DNA from: Octopus vulgaris
Taxonomy: Eukaryota
Direction of reading: 5' to 3'
DNA: 64,000 bases
Assembly (NCBI GenBank): GCA_951406725.2
Contig: OX597825.1
Location: forward strand, 10,230,001 to 10,294,000
Shown: in pieces, positions 37,968 through 50,749 of the stretch
How the letters are laid out: the number at the start of each line of letters is the position of its first letter
Position numbering within the stretch: the first letter of the stretch is position 1
Program-made: the position numbers and the translations under genes
Notes under the pieces: model-generated
The model's database searches: none
Seen by the model: only the letters and a program-made list of their open reading frames with translations
Told to the model about the DNA's origin: nothing

Positions 37968-38420
37968 ATAGGTGCAGGAGTGGCTGTGTGGTATAGGCGC
38001 AGGAGTGGCTCTGTGGTATAGGCACAGGAGTGGCTGTGTGGTAAGTAGCTTGCTTACCACAAGGTTCTGGGTTCAGTCCTACTGCGTGGCACCTTGGGCA
38101 AGTGTCTTCTACTATAGCCTCGGGCCTTGTGAGTGGATTTGGTTGACGGAAACTGAAAGAAGCCCGTCGTATATATGTATATATATATGTGTGTGTGTGT
38201 GTATGTGTGTGTGTGTGTCTGTGTTTGTCCCCCAACATCGCTTGACAACCGATGCTGGTGTGTTTACGTGCCCGTAACTTAGCGGTTCGGTAAAAAGAGA
38301 CCGATAGAATAAGTACTATGCTTCTAAAGAACAAGTCATGGGGTTGATTTGCTCGACTAAAGGCGGTGCTCCAGCATGGCCGAAGTCAACTGACTGAAAC
38401 AAGTAAAAGAGAGTAAAAGA
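37968..38420 (+). mobile_element. SINE family B with triplicated 25-bp head
   Basis: ataggYRcaggagtggctStgtggt three times, then normal body and tail. Confidence 0.92.
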
Positions 38421-38492
38421 TATATGGATAAGTGAATCACGTAGAAGCCATAGTGAAGGTGATACATCTCTGGTCAACATACTTATCCGTCG

Positions 38493-38868
38493 GGATCTTT
38501 TCTGTTGCTGTCATAGATTTTGAAATTTTAAAATTATGAGAAAATTTTAAAATTTGGAATATTGAGTAATTTTTCACGCTGAATCTGATTTTGTTATTCA
38601 CTTGTTGTTTCAAGTAGACAACAGTTTGGCTTGTTAACATGGAAACTGGCATCAATGTGTCTGTAATTTTTCGATCGGCTAAAATTACCTAAAATTTACA
38701 AACTTTAAAAGCTGTTAACTTTTTATTTATTAAGTTATGGTAAAAAAAAAAGTAAACAAATGTAATTTCCATGATTGGTATACAAAACTATAACAGTACA
38801 CGAAATTTGAAAACAGTTTCAACAAAATTAAAAGGAATATAAAACTGTTACAGCAACAGAAAAGATCC
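38493..38868. mobile_element. MITE, Merlin-like (second family)
   Basis: TIR ggatcttttctgttgctgt / acagcaacagaaaagatcc; degenerate 8-bp TSD atccgtcg/atccttca. Confidence 0.8.
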
Positions 38869-38936
38869 ATCCTTCAATGTATAATCAGGACACTTAATTG
38901 TAAATAGGTGTCCAAGATGCCCTTATTCATTGTTGA

Positions 38937-39175
38937 AGGCCCGAAAATTTTGGGTGAGGCGGCCAGTCGATTAGAACGACCCCAGTACGCAACTGGTACT
39001 TACTTTATCGACCCCGAAAGGATGAAGGGCAAAGTCGACCTCGGCGGAATTGGAACTCAGGATGTAAAGACAGACGAAATACCTATTTCTTTACTACCCA
39101 CAAGGGGCTAAACATAGAGCGGACAAACAAGGACATACATAGGTATTAAGTCGATTACATCGACCCCAGTGCGAA
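38937..39175 (-). mobile_element. SINE family A dimer-type fragment
   Basis: Contains the junction cagacgaaatacctatttctttactaccc. Confidence 0.85.
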
Positions 39176-40140
39176 ACTGTTGAGCAAGAGTTGAGAACCA
39201 AGTTGTGATTTAGAATCAGGAGTGGATCCCACTCTTTAACTCTGGTATTGTTCACCTTTTGGTATCCGAGGACATTACAAAATATAACTTCCGCGTTGGT
39301 TCAGTTTCATTTCTTTATTTGTCAAGCAAAGAAGTGAAATGGAACCATTGCGTGTATTTATTATTGGCATAACGACCCTCCCAAGATACAACAAAACATG
39401 TTTCAACACACGTATTCACATCAAGAATCTTGCAAACCAAATACAGAAAGAAAATCATCGTATTATTTTAAATGTGCTGATGAGGCGGAACTTCGAACTA
39501 AACACTAGACTGTTTTTAGTTCATTCTCTGAACATCTTATGCGAAGTTATTGTACCAGATGGCTTCGCTTTTAGCCACTGCTCTCGTATAGTCGACCAGT
39601 GAAGTACCAGTCATATGCTTGGGTCAGTTCAGTTAATGACAGCTTTTGCTAACAATTTGTAGCCCTGTAGCAACTATTACCAGATATCGTATCGATGTCT
39701 TTTGATCAGCGACACGTCTAAGATTTAAAATATCGAAAAGATTTCTTGTTTTGTCTTCCGAAAGATTAACAGTGAAATCGGTGTCAGCAGAATTTGATCT
39801 GAGCAGAAATAAAGGGATGCATTCATACTGGCTTCTCTTCCTCACATCGTTGACCGGGGAGGATATCGACCGAACAAAGAGAATATCTGCGCAAGATTTG
39901 TACTTTTACTTCATCAGATCTCGGAGCAATGAAACAACAAAGAAAACCAAGTGTGTTATTGTACGGTTGTATATATCTTGTGTGTGTTTAAGTCATTATA
40001 ATAGAATGTAGCCTCGTAGAACACTTCACATCTAACATTTAGAACAATAGTATATTTTAGTAGTATTTATGCTCCGTTTCGTAATTTACTTTCCTCTTCA
40101 AAATCTCGCATTCATCTGTTAACAGTATTTATCATTAGTA

Positions 40141-40907
40141 GACGACGAGCTGGCAGAATCGTTAGCACGCCGGGCGAAATGCTAACATTCTGAGTTCGTT
40201 GCGTTCTGAGTTCAAATTCCGCCGGGGTCGATTTTGCCTGTCATCCTTTCCGGGTCGATAAGTTAAGTACCAGTTATGCACTGGGGTCGATGTAATCGAC
40301 TTAATACCTATGTCTGTCCTTGTTTGTCCTCTCTGTGTTTAGCCCCTTGTGGGTAGTAAAGAAATAGGTATTTCGTCTGGTCCAAATGCCTAGCGGTATT
40401 TCATCTGCCGTTACGTTGTGAGTTAAAATTCCGTCGAGGTCGACTTTGCCTTTCATCCTTTTGGGGTCGATAAATTAAGTACCAGTTACGCACTGGGGTC
40501 GATGTAATCGACTTAATACCTATGTCTGTCCTTGTTTGTCCCCTCTGTGTTTAGCCCCTTGTGGGTAGTAAAGAAATAGGTATTTCGTCTGTCTTTATGT
40601 TCTGAGTTCCAATTCCGCCGAGGTCGACTTTGTCTTTCATCCTTTCGGGGTCGATCAAATAAGTACCAGTTACGCACTGGGGTCGATATAATCGACTTAA
40701 TCCGTTTGTCTGTCCTTGTTTGTCCTCTCTATGCTGGTATTTCGTCTGTCTTTATGTTCTGAGTTCCAATTCCGCCGACGTCGACTTTGCCTTTCATACT
40801 TTCGGTTTCGGGGTCGATAAATTAAGAACCAGTTGCGTACCGGGGTCGATCTAATAGCCTAGCGCCCCTCCCCCAAAATTTCGGGCCTTGCGCCTAGAAT
40901 ATAAAAG
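40141..40907 (+). mobile_element. Tandem array of four SINE family A units
   Basis: One head followed by units restarting at ggtatttc near 40367-40395, 40579 and 40736. Confidence 0.9.
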
Positions 40908-41500
40908 TATTTATCACTGTTTAAAATTCCATTGAACTAAATCTTATATAAACATAGTCATTAGTAATTAATTTGCACTTGTTAATTTTGTTTTCGTTTT
41001 GCTTTTCTCTCTTTGTTCGAAATAAGCCGCTATCTTCATTCTCTACTCTCCCCATCTTCTCTATTTACTTTTAATTGCTATGGAATGGTGCTGCTATTGT
41101 TATGTCACTGAATTCTTGATAATTTACACCTCTTTGAACTTACTGTAGTTGAAATCGTGACATCAATAATGGCTGGAGAAGCGAATATGGATTCAGCAGA
41201 GCAATTTAATAAAATGCGCGTTAATTATGTAGTTCTGGTAATGTTTGCAGTCAGTTAAATGTTTAATGGTGGACAGATTGCTGTACCAGGGACAGAATGC
41301 AAACCATTTAGAAATATACGAGTGGTCCTTATGGACGGATACATATTTACACATGCACACACACATATATGTGAATGTGTACATGTCTGTGTGGTAGTGT
41401 GCGCGCGTGTATGTGCGTACATATATGTGTGTGTATGTTTGTGTGTGTTAAACAGAATATGTTAGCTACGCTGCTATTACTGCAATATTCCAGTGACGGT

Positions 41501-41823
41501 GAAGGCGAGTGTCTTAGTGGTTACAGTATTCGGCTCCCGATCGTTAAGTCGTGAGTTAGATTCCCGGCGCCGCGTTGTGTCCTTGAGCAAGACACTTTAC
41601 TTCACGTTGCTGCAGTTCACTCAGCTGGCAAAAGTGAGTTATACCTGCAATTCAAAGGGCCAGCCTTGTGGCGTTCTGTGTCATACTGTATCTCCCTGAG
41701 AACTACATTAAGGGTACGTGTGTCTGTGGGGTACTCAGCCACTTGCACATTCATTTCACGAGCAGGCTGTTCTGTTGATCCGGACAACTGGAACCCTCGT
41801 CGTCGTAACTGACGGAGAGCCAC
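41501..41823 (+). mobile_element. SINE with family C tail but a CORE-like middle
   Basis: tRNA head, gtgtccttgagcaagacacttt, then aagggccagccttgt...cgtcgtcgtaactgacggagagccac. Confidence 0.85.
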
Positions 41824-42555
41824 TTCGAGTGCCGTGTCTTATTCAAATGGAATTCATTGGACCTTTCTATGCGTGTTCGTCATCAACTTTAAACATTTAG
41901 GAAACCAACAAAGGAAGAAACTTCAGGATTTTTTTTCTTAACGAGGTCACCTGCACACAATTATATATACTTCTATCTAGTTTCCAACTACTAAAGAGAT
42001 TGACAAGGCACTTGTCCAAGGTACTGTGCTTTGGGACTGAACCCAGAACCATGTGATTACAAAGCGAGCTTCAAAATACCACTCAGTGAGATAGAACCTG
42101 CGACCTCTTGATTGTGAAGCCTCCCGCTTACCGTACGACAATCCTGTATCTGCTTCAGACATGACAACACATCAATAACATTGTTAACTCAAAATTGCTT
42201 GCACAAAACATTATTCTAAATAGATATTTCATCGTTATCTGAGACAGTATTTAATATATAACAGTGTCATTGTGTGTTTAAGTCGTTATTGCCAAGCGTT
42301 AGTTTCTAACAGTTAGGATAAATACTATATTCATACGTCCAATATATTAGATATATTTATTTTCTCCTGGAATAAGTGACAGCGATATTTGATTAGCCTC
42401 AGATCGGTGTGGGCGAAAAATAGGATGTGTGACGACGCCAGTCACCACGGGCATCTTTCTTTTTCTTTTTTACTTGTTTCAGTCATTAGAGCGCGACCAT
42501 ACTGGGACACCGCCTTGGAGGATGTTTAATCCAATGAATCGACACCAGTACTTTT

Positions 42556-42557
<2 letters not shown>

Positions 42558-42596
<39 letters not shown>

Positions 42597-42616
42597 CATT
42601 ATTATCATTATTATCA

Positions 42617-42647
<31 letters not shown>

Positions 42648-42659
42648 TATCATTTTTAC

Positions 42660-42728
<69 letters not shown>

Positions 42729-42739
42729 CATTATTATTA
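42558..42739. repeat. (ATT)n microsatellite
   Basis: Direct inspection. Confidence 0.95.
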
Positions 42740-43136
42740 CTCTTTTACTCTTTTACTTGTTTCAGTCATTTGACTGCGGCCATGCTGGAGCACCGCCTTT
42801 AGTCGAGCAAATCGATCCCGGGACTTATTCTTTGTAAGCCCAGTACTTATTCTATCGGTCTCTTTTTGCCGAACCGCTAAGTGACGGGGACGTAAACACA
42901 CCAGCATCGGTTGTCAAGCAACGCTAGGGGTACAAACACACACACACAAACACACACACATACATATATATATATACATATATACGACAGGTTTCTTTCA
43001 GTTTCAGTCTACCAAATCCATTCACAAGGCATTGGTCGGCCCGAGGCTATAGCAGAAGACACTTGCCCAAGATTCCACGCAGTGGGACTGAACCCGGAAC
43101 CATGTGGTTGGTAAGCAAGCTACTTACCACACAGCC
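42740..43136 (-). mobile_element. SINE family B between (ATT)n arrays
   Basis: Antisense family B tail to head. Confidence 0.92.
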
Positions 43137-43187
<51 letters not shown>

Positions 43188-43527
43188 CATTACATAAGCT
43201 TGGTACATATTCTATCAGTCTTTTGCAGAACCACTAAGTTGCGGAGCCGTAAACATCTCAACACCGGTTGTGAAGCTGTGGTTTTTGGAAGCACACTGAT
43301 AAAAAGACACACACTCACTTACACACACACGCACACACACATACACCATACACTCACACACACACACATAAATATATATACATATATATACATAAAAATA
43401 TATAGCAAGCAGTCTTATCGATAAAGGTACGAAACTGAGTACTAGAATTTTTGATCGATAACTGATGAAGAATTAGGGTTTATCTCTGTCTGTCCTACTT
43501 GTACATTTTGTAGTATTTGATGCATTT

Positions 43528-43578
<51 letters not shown>

Positions 43579-43947
43579 AAGTGATTTAAATGATTCTAAC
43601 AATTTATATTAATGTTTTTTAATAACTATTTGTATTCTTATTTTAAATGTATTGAATATCATACTGTATATATGTATGTTATTATGGTTCTAGTTTTGCT
43701 AATTAAATAAGACAATATTCTAATATCCTAAAGCTGATAAACCAAGTAATGTGCTTCTCCATTTTCTTATTTGTAATATAAATTAATGGTAAAATATTTC
43801 TTTACCTCCCCCCATTTAATACAATAAGTGAGTTCATTGCATTGCAATTAAAGACACTTTTGTATTAATAATCTGAGTATTATACCAACAGTATATTGGA
43901 TAAGTATTATCCCTTAGTGGGTTGGATCCACAACCCCAAACTTATTC

Positions 43948-43995
<48 letters not shown>

Positions 43996-44056
43996 GGCGG
44001 TGCCCCAGCATGGCCACAGCTCGTGAGCTGAAACTAGAATCAATCATATATATATC

Positions 44057-44292
44057 TTTTTATTCTTTTACTCTTTTACATGTTTCAGTCATTTGACTGC
44101 GACCATGCTGGAGCACCGCTTTTAGTCAGCAAATCGACCCCAGGACTTATTCTTTGTAAACCTAATACTTATTCTATCGGTCTCTTCTGTCGAACCGCTA
44201 AAGTTGCGGTGACGTAAAAACACCAGCATCGGTTGTCAAGCGATGTGTGGGGGACAAACACACACATACAAACATACACGTACACACACAAC

Positions 44293-44350
<58 letters not shown>

Positions 44351-44514
44351 CGACGGGCTTCTTTCAGTTTCCGTCTACCAAATCCACTCACAAGGCTTTG
44401 GTCAGCTCGAGGCTCTTGTAGAAGACACTTGTCCAAGGTGCCACGCAGTGGGAATGAACCCGGAACCATGTGGTTGGTAAGCAAGCTACTTACCATGCAG
44501 CAACTCCTGCACCT
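44057..44514 (-). mobile_element. SINE family B, full length
   Basis: Antisense family B, ends caactcctgcacct. Confidence 0.92.
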
Positions 44515-44733
44515 ATACGTACCACACACCCACACCTATATAAATAAATAAACAAATAAATAATTAAGATTCCGTTCAATTTAGTACCTAAGTTGAGGCA
44601 CCAAGTCAGTCTGGTATTATCTGCACAACTCGAAACAGGTTGAATAAAAAGCAAATAAGTAACAAGGATTTGAAGGTAGTAGTGAAACGGCCGTAATGCA
44701 CTAATACCTAAATACCCTTATTATTTATTTGCT

Positions 44734-44780
<47 letters not shown>

Positions 44781-44781
<1 letters not shown>

Positions 44782-44994
44782 TTCAGAATGGTCATTTTGC
44801 CAGTTTAGCCAATAAAAACACACGCACTATATATTTGGTGTTATTTTGCATCACTGTTATTTATTTTTTTACATTAATCTTAATCTTATTTCGGCCAGAG
44901 TTCTTTCGTCACACTCCTGTGACTGCATCAGTGGTCCTTTGTTTTCTTCTTTCTTATTTTTATTGGCTAAACTGGCAAAATGACCATTCCGAAA
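44781..44994 (-). mobile_element. Penelope-like fragment: inverted repeats of about 37 bp enclosing a hammerhead motif
   Basis: ttcagaatggtcattttgccagtttagccaataaaaa / tttttattggctaaactggcaaaatgaccattccgaa; minus-strand motif at 44893-44937. Confidence 0.65.
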
Positions 44995-45058
44995 TATAAC
45001 AATATCTGTTTCAACACACGACTTCACATAAAAAATCTTGCACAACAAATATTTAAAC

Positions 45059-45120
<62 letters not shown>

Positions 45121-45309
45121 AAATATATTTAGGGTAGCGAATATTTTTAGAAATTTCACTACCAGTAGCCTAGCATATATACATACTATGATACTGGTAA
45201 TATGTTGTCTATATATATATATATATATATAAAAGAAATAATTGAGATTCTGTTGAAGCACCAAATCAGTGCGGTATTATCTGTACAATTCAAAGTAAGA
45301 TGAATAAAA

Positions 45310-45661
45310 TCAAAATAAGCAACAGGATATCAAGAAGTGATGCAGTACGACCGTTTCAAGCGGCTCCATTTAATTGAACAATCCAATTATTACTTCAATT
45401 TAAATGCATGATTTATCCTCAGCTACATAAATAAATAAATAGAATTCTTAATCAGTCGGACACATTAATATAATTTTACTCAAATGCTCTATTTGAGGAA
45501 GAAGACGGAAAGAGTCCATGTTGCCGCTAATGTAGCTAAGAATTATGCAGCTGAGGATAGCCCTATATTTAAATTGATGTAATGATTGCAATGTTCAATT
45601 AAATGGAGCCGCTTAAAACGGTCCTACTGCATCACCTCTTGATATCCCGCTGCTCATTTTA

Positions 45662-45662
<1 letters not shown>
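45310..45662. mobile_element. Inverted pair of Penelope-like repeats, each with a long-stem-II hammerhead motif
   Basis: Arms at about 45310-45432 and 45541-45662; CTGAGGA...(G/A)AAACGGTC(G/C)TACTGC in both. Confidence 0.65.
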
Positions 45663-45698
<36 letters not shown>

Positions 45699-45699
<1 letters not shown>

Positions 45700-45853
45700 G
45701 ACGGGCTTCTTTCAGTTTCTTTCTAGCAAATTTACTCACAAAGCTTTGGTCAAACAGAAGCTATAGTAGAAGACACTTTCCTAAGGTACCACGCAATGGG
45801 ACTGAAACCAACACCATGTAGTTGGGAAGCAATCTTCTTAACACACAACCACG
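45699..45853 (-). mobile_element. SINE family B, 5' half
   Basis: cgacgggcttctttcagttt...cacgcaatgggactgaaacc. Confidence 0.85.
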
Positions 45854-46233
45854 TTTGAATATTAACTAATTGAATCAACTTAGAATTTCCAACCAAATAT
45901 CAGAAAATGTTTGCCAAATTCTCGATTCCTGTGATCTTACAATCAGATTTACCCCCTCATTATTACGTTTTAGATGATTAATAAGGTAAAAAAAAAGTCT
46001 AAACAATAGTATAATTATATATAAGAATGCAGAAAAAAAAAGGAAAATATAAACTGAATATACAGACGTAGACGTTACCTTAACAATTAAAAGACATTGA
46101 TATTTCGAATCTTCTGGTGACTAACTCATCATTAGTAGTAAATTGTTTTGATTCACCAACCGGAAATTTATTTCTGAAATGAAAATCGAACGAAACTATC
46201 AGAATAAGAGATAACACACACACATGCGCATGC

Positions 46234-46266
<33 letters not shown>

Positions 46267-46499
46267 TGTATGTATGTATGTATGTATGTATGTATTTATG
46301 TATGTAGTTAATCCAAACATGAAAGCACAAAAAAACACAGCAACGCGAGGACGTGGAACAAATATAGTATTATTGGACGCTCAGGAAGGAAGGAAAGCAG
46401 GAGGATTTAACGTTTCGAGCGGAGCTCTTCGTCGGAAACATATGAGAAGGAAAGATCCAGAGAAGGGAAGACAGAGGAAAAAATCGCCAACGGTACACA

Positions 46500-46550
<51 letters not shown>

Positions 46551-46557
46551 GTATATA

Positions 46558-46614
<57 letters not shown>

Positions 46615-46775
46615 ATATATATATACATAAACAATAAACAGAAAGAGTATAAGAGAGGAGAGAGAGAAAGAGATACAGACATTGATAGATAATGTGTATA
46701 TATTCCAGGCTTACATATGCGTGTGTATGTATGTGTGTGTGTTAGTCTGTTCGTGTGAATATGTATCAGTGTGTC

Positions 46776-46990
46776 AGGTGATGAAGTGGCGCAGTCGTTA
46801 GCACGCCGGTTAAAATGTTTTGCTGCATTTCGTCCGTCTTGACACTTTAAGTTCAAATTACGCCGAGTTAGAGTTTTGCCTTTCATCCTTTCAGGGTCCA
46901 TAAAATAAATACCAGTTGAGCACTGATATTGATGTAAGCGACTTACCCCCTTTTCCGAAAATGCTGACCTTGTACCAAAATTTGAAACAT
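46776..46990 (+). mobile_element. SINE family A, diverged
   Basis: gtcgttagcacgccgg...gttcaaatt...gcctttcatcctttcagggtc. Confidence 0.8.
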
Positions 46991-47498
46991 ACATATTACC
47001 GCAATGCACCCTCGTGCATTGACTACGTTGATGAACCCCTGAAATGGCCACAGGCGACTGTAAATATGGTTTATTTGGCTTGGACATCGGCTGTTCTTAA
47101 AAGGTTTCCCTTTATCGTAAAAAGTAACATTTAATCGTAAAAAAGTCTTAATCGATTAACTTTTATCTATACCTTATGTATTTATGTTTCGTATATATAC
47201 ATATTTTTGTATTTTTTATATATTTATTATTCTAGGTTTTATATTGTAAATTTTTTTAGACACTGAAGTATAAAATTTTTTTATATTTGCGATAGACTGT
47301 ACTGACATTTTTTTATGTTTGTCTAAATGAAGTATTGTTACATCTTCTGTGATTTTGTGCATCTGTATTCTATGTATAAGAAAAAAACATTATCTTTCTT
47401 TATGTGTGATTAAATCTTCGAGATGTGATATGTTAGGTGGATGACCTTAAATCTGTTGTTTGTTCTACAACCAAAGTTTGTTATATATATATATATAT

Positions 47499-47705
47499 AT
47501 TGGTAAAAACGGTAAGATAACAAAAGAAAGAAAGAGACCTCAATATTATGTAAATAGAGGAAATTTATCTATTAAATAATGTTACATTACTCAATAGTCA
47601 AGATAAAACTCTGAGTTTCAGATGTCGAAGAGATGGTGTTGTGGATTTCCACTTCGGCATCTGAAACTCAGAGTTTTATCTTGACTATTGAGTAATGTAA
47701 CATAT

Positions 47706-47741
<36 letters not shown>

Positions 47742-47935
47742 GTAAATGTAATATGTGACAATTATTTGGTAGCCATGATAAAACTCCGAGTTTCGGATGC
47801 CAAGGTGGAAATACAAGCCGCCATCTCTTCAGTACCGAATAATTGTCGCATATTACATTTACGGATAAATTCCTCTATTTACATAATATGGAGGTCTCTT
47901 TCTTTCTTTTGTCATCTTACCGTTTTTATCAATAT
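47499..47935. mobile_element. Nested fold-back structure of the 29806-30000 family
   Basis: Inner inverted repeat 47574-47630 / 47652-47710 (near perfect); outer inverted repeat about 47499-47570 / 47862-47935. Confidence 0.85.
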
Positions 47936-48608
47936 ATATATATATATATATTATTCTTTAAATACTTTTTTTTTAGCACAAAATGGGTTTCTTTTCTAAA
48001 TGGAATCTAAATTCTCTTGGTTTTTTTGCTTTATTATAACAGACCAACCCTAGCTTAGAGTGTGTGATGCACCAATCCTTTGAGTTGTAATGCTAGTGTG
48101 TGTGAGTCTCTTTGTGTATGTGTGTCTATATGTCTGTGGTTCCGTGTGCCTGTGAATCTGTGTGTCTCTTGTGTGTGCGGGATGTTATGTTAACGCAATA
48201 GAGATTGAAGCAAAGTTCCTAAAACTTTTGCTTTGCATTCAAACATTTTAGAAAGATCGAGTGAAAACTCTGATTTAGAGAAAGTCAACGATATCATCTT
48301 ACTTTAGAATCCTAGCTAATCCTAATCCTAATCAGCTTCAAAAGTCTTATCATAAAGAGACAATGACACTGGTGACTATATCCTAGTTAAGGTGGGAAAA
48401 TATGTAAAAAACCAAACATGAAATGATGCTTCAAATGTTTGTGCTGTTACTACAGAAATGGTAAAATGTGAAGAAAAATCTAACGTAATGGATATGAATT
48501 ATTTGTAAGAAAATCAAGGATTCGAGAGACGTATTTGAAGACTGGCAGGAAGATAGGTTGTATTTAAGAGATTTTGTGTAAAATATAGAACTAAAAAGGG
48601 ATTGCATT

Positions 48609-48662
<54 letters not shown>

Positions 48663-48723
48663 AAACACTGGATCGACATTGGGGTTAATTTATAATTTAT
48701 AATTATATTTATCTCTATATATA

Positions 48724-49130
48724 GGCGCAGGAGTGGCTGTGTGGTAAATAGCTTGCTAACCAACCACATGGTTCCGGGTTCAGTCCCACTGCGTGGCACC
48801 TTGGGCAAGTGTCTTCTACTATAGCCTCGGGCTGACCAAAGCCTTGTGAGTGGATTTGGTAGACGGAAACTGAAAGAAGCCTGTCGTATATATGTATATA
48901 TATGTGTGTGTGTGTGTATGTTTGTGTGTCTGTTTGTCCCCCTAGCATTGCTTGACAACCGATGCTGGTGTGTTTATGTCCCCGTCACTTAGCGGTTCGG
49001 CAAAAGAGACCGATAGAATAAGTACTGGGCTTACAAAAGAATAAGTCCCGGGGTCGAGTTGCTCGACTAAAAGGCGGTGCTCCAGCATGGCGGCGGTCAA
49101 AATGACTGAAACAAGGAAAAAGAAAAAAAG
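48724..49130 (+). mobile_element. SINE family B, full length, inserted in the TA run at the 5' end of a truncated Helitron
   Basis: Left flank atctctatatat and right flank atatataaacggcaaaatgtgtg reconstitute the Helitron start seen at 59813. Confidence 0.9.
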
Positions 49131-49159
49131 AAAAAGAAAGAATATATATAAACGGCAAA

Positions 49160-49210
<51 letters not shown>

Positions 49211-49826
49211 CCAGGGAGTGTTTATTGTTTCCTTATTAGGCACGAGATAGTCGTTACAAACAGTGACACCATTTTGTTGCCCAGTCAAGGCCTCAATCAA
49301 ACATGTCCAACGGTGTGTCAACGAGAAAGAATCCTGCAACTTCTAAACTTCTCCTTTAATCATGTTTCAATGACTTGACTGCAGTACTTCATCCAAAGTC
49401 GTTCACCGTATTCAAGGAATTATTCACACACATTATAAGAACTGCATAAAGGTTGATAAGAGGTAAAGGTCCTAATATGAAGCGAAGAGGAAATTTCTGA
49501 AAGAGTTCTTACAGTCTGTATTTCAATTTGTATTGATAATTAATTAGGTTTTAGTTGGAAAACGTGAAGTAGCCGCATAGAATCGACAAAAGGATGACAT
49601 TTGTAACGGAACAAAAGCGTAAAGTCTCTCATGAACGCAGCCATGTGTGATGAAAGGAGCAATGAACAGTGTTGCTGGTTGTCGTAAATTCAATTACCAG
49701 CCTAGAAAAATGTATACGTTTCGTTGACTGCCTGCACTGTTGGAATTTCTCTTAACAACAAAGAGGCTTTTGAAAAGTAAATGAGTTACAAGTTGTAAAA
49801 CGTATCGGTCAACACAGCAGGCTTAA

Positions 49827-50338
49827 CCCCTTAACGTATAAACTGACCACATCGGGCCCAAATATTCAAACCAACCATATTTGGCCTCTCATATTTACCT
49901 TACATATCTTCAACATCTCGAAACTACGACATAATGCAGGATGGATGGATCTTTTCTTTTTGAAGGCCAGATTTCAACACAATTTCTAATTAACTAAACA
50001 CTTTTAAACTTCGTATACTGGTAGAATGTGTTTATAAAACATCATTTTTTCTTGGCTTTATTGAGAAAATTTTATATGTTATAACATATTTCCACTTTAA
50101 AATCGAGCATTTTCGCAATTTTAACCAATCGATTACCTCCATTTAGGTAAACAACATAAGAGAAAAAAAATGTTTTATTTTGACACATTCTACCAGTATA
50201 CGAAGATTTTAAGTATTTAGTTAACTAGAAATTGTGTTGAAATCTGGCCTTCAAAAGGAAAAGATTCGGATGGATTAATTCAAAAGAATGTGATTGAATA
50301 AGCATTACATTTGACAGAGTAATCTTAATGCTAAGGAG
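49827..50338. mobile_element. Old piggyBac-like MITE interrupted by a Merlin-like MITE
   Basis: TTAA-CCCCTTAACGT at left and ATGCTAAGGAG-TTAG at right (degenerate TIR and TTAA site). Confidence 0.5.
49947..50267. mobile_element. MITE, Merlin-like (third family) with long TIRs of about 85 bp
   Basis: ggatcttttctttttgaaggccagatttcaacacaatttcta / tagaaattgtgttgaaatctggccttcaaaaggaaaagattc; perfect 8-bp TSD GGATGGAT. Confidence 0.9.
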
Positions 50339-50662
50339 TTAGAATACAAACTACAAAGAAGCTTTTGCTAATTAACAAACAACAAACCTTCAGGTGAAAT
50401 AATTTATCAAATTTGTATAATCAGCGATCACTGGACAATGGAAAAAAGGTAATTACTTTTGTCCTTTACCTGTTTCAGTCATTAGACTTCAGCCATGCTG
50501 GGGCACCTTGAAGAATTTTTAGTCGAAGGGGTCGTCTCATGTTCTTCTTTTTTTTTATCGTTGTCTCTTGCCGAACCACTAAGTGATGAGAACGTAAACA
50601 TACCAACAACGGTTTTCAAGCGGAAGTAGGTAACAAACACACACACACATACATACATAAAT

Positions 50663-50693
<31 letters not shown>

Positions 50694-50749
50694 TATATAT
50701 ATATATATAACTTAGCGATTCGGCAAAAGTAAACGATATATTAATATAT

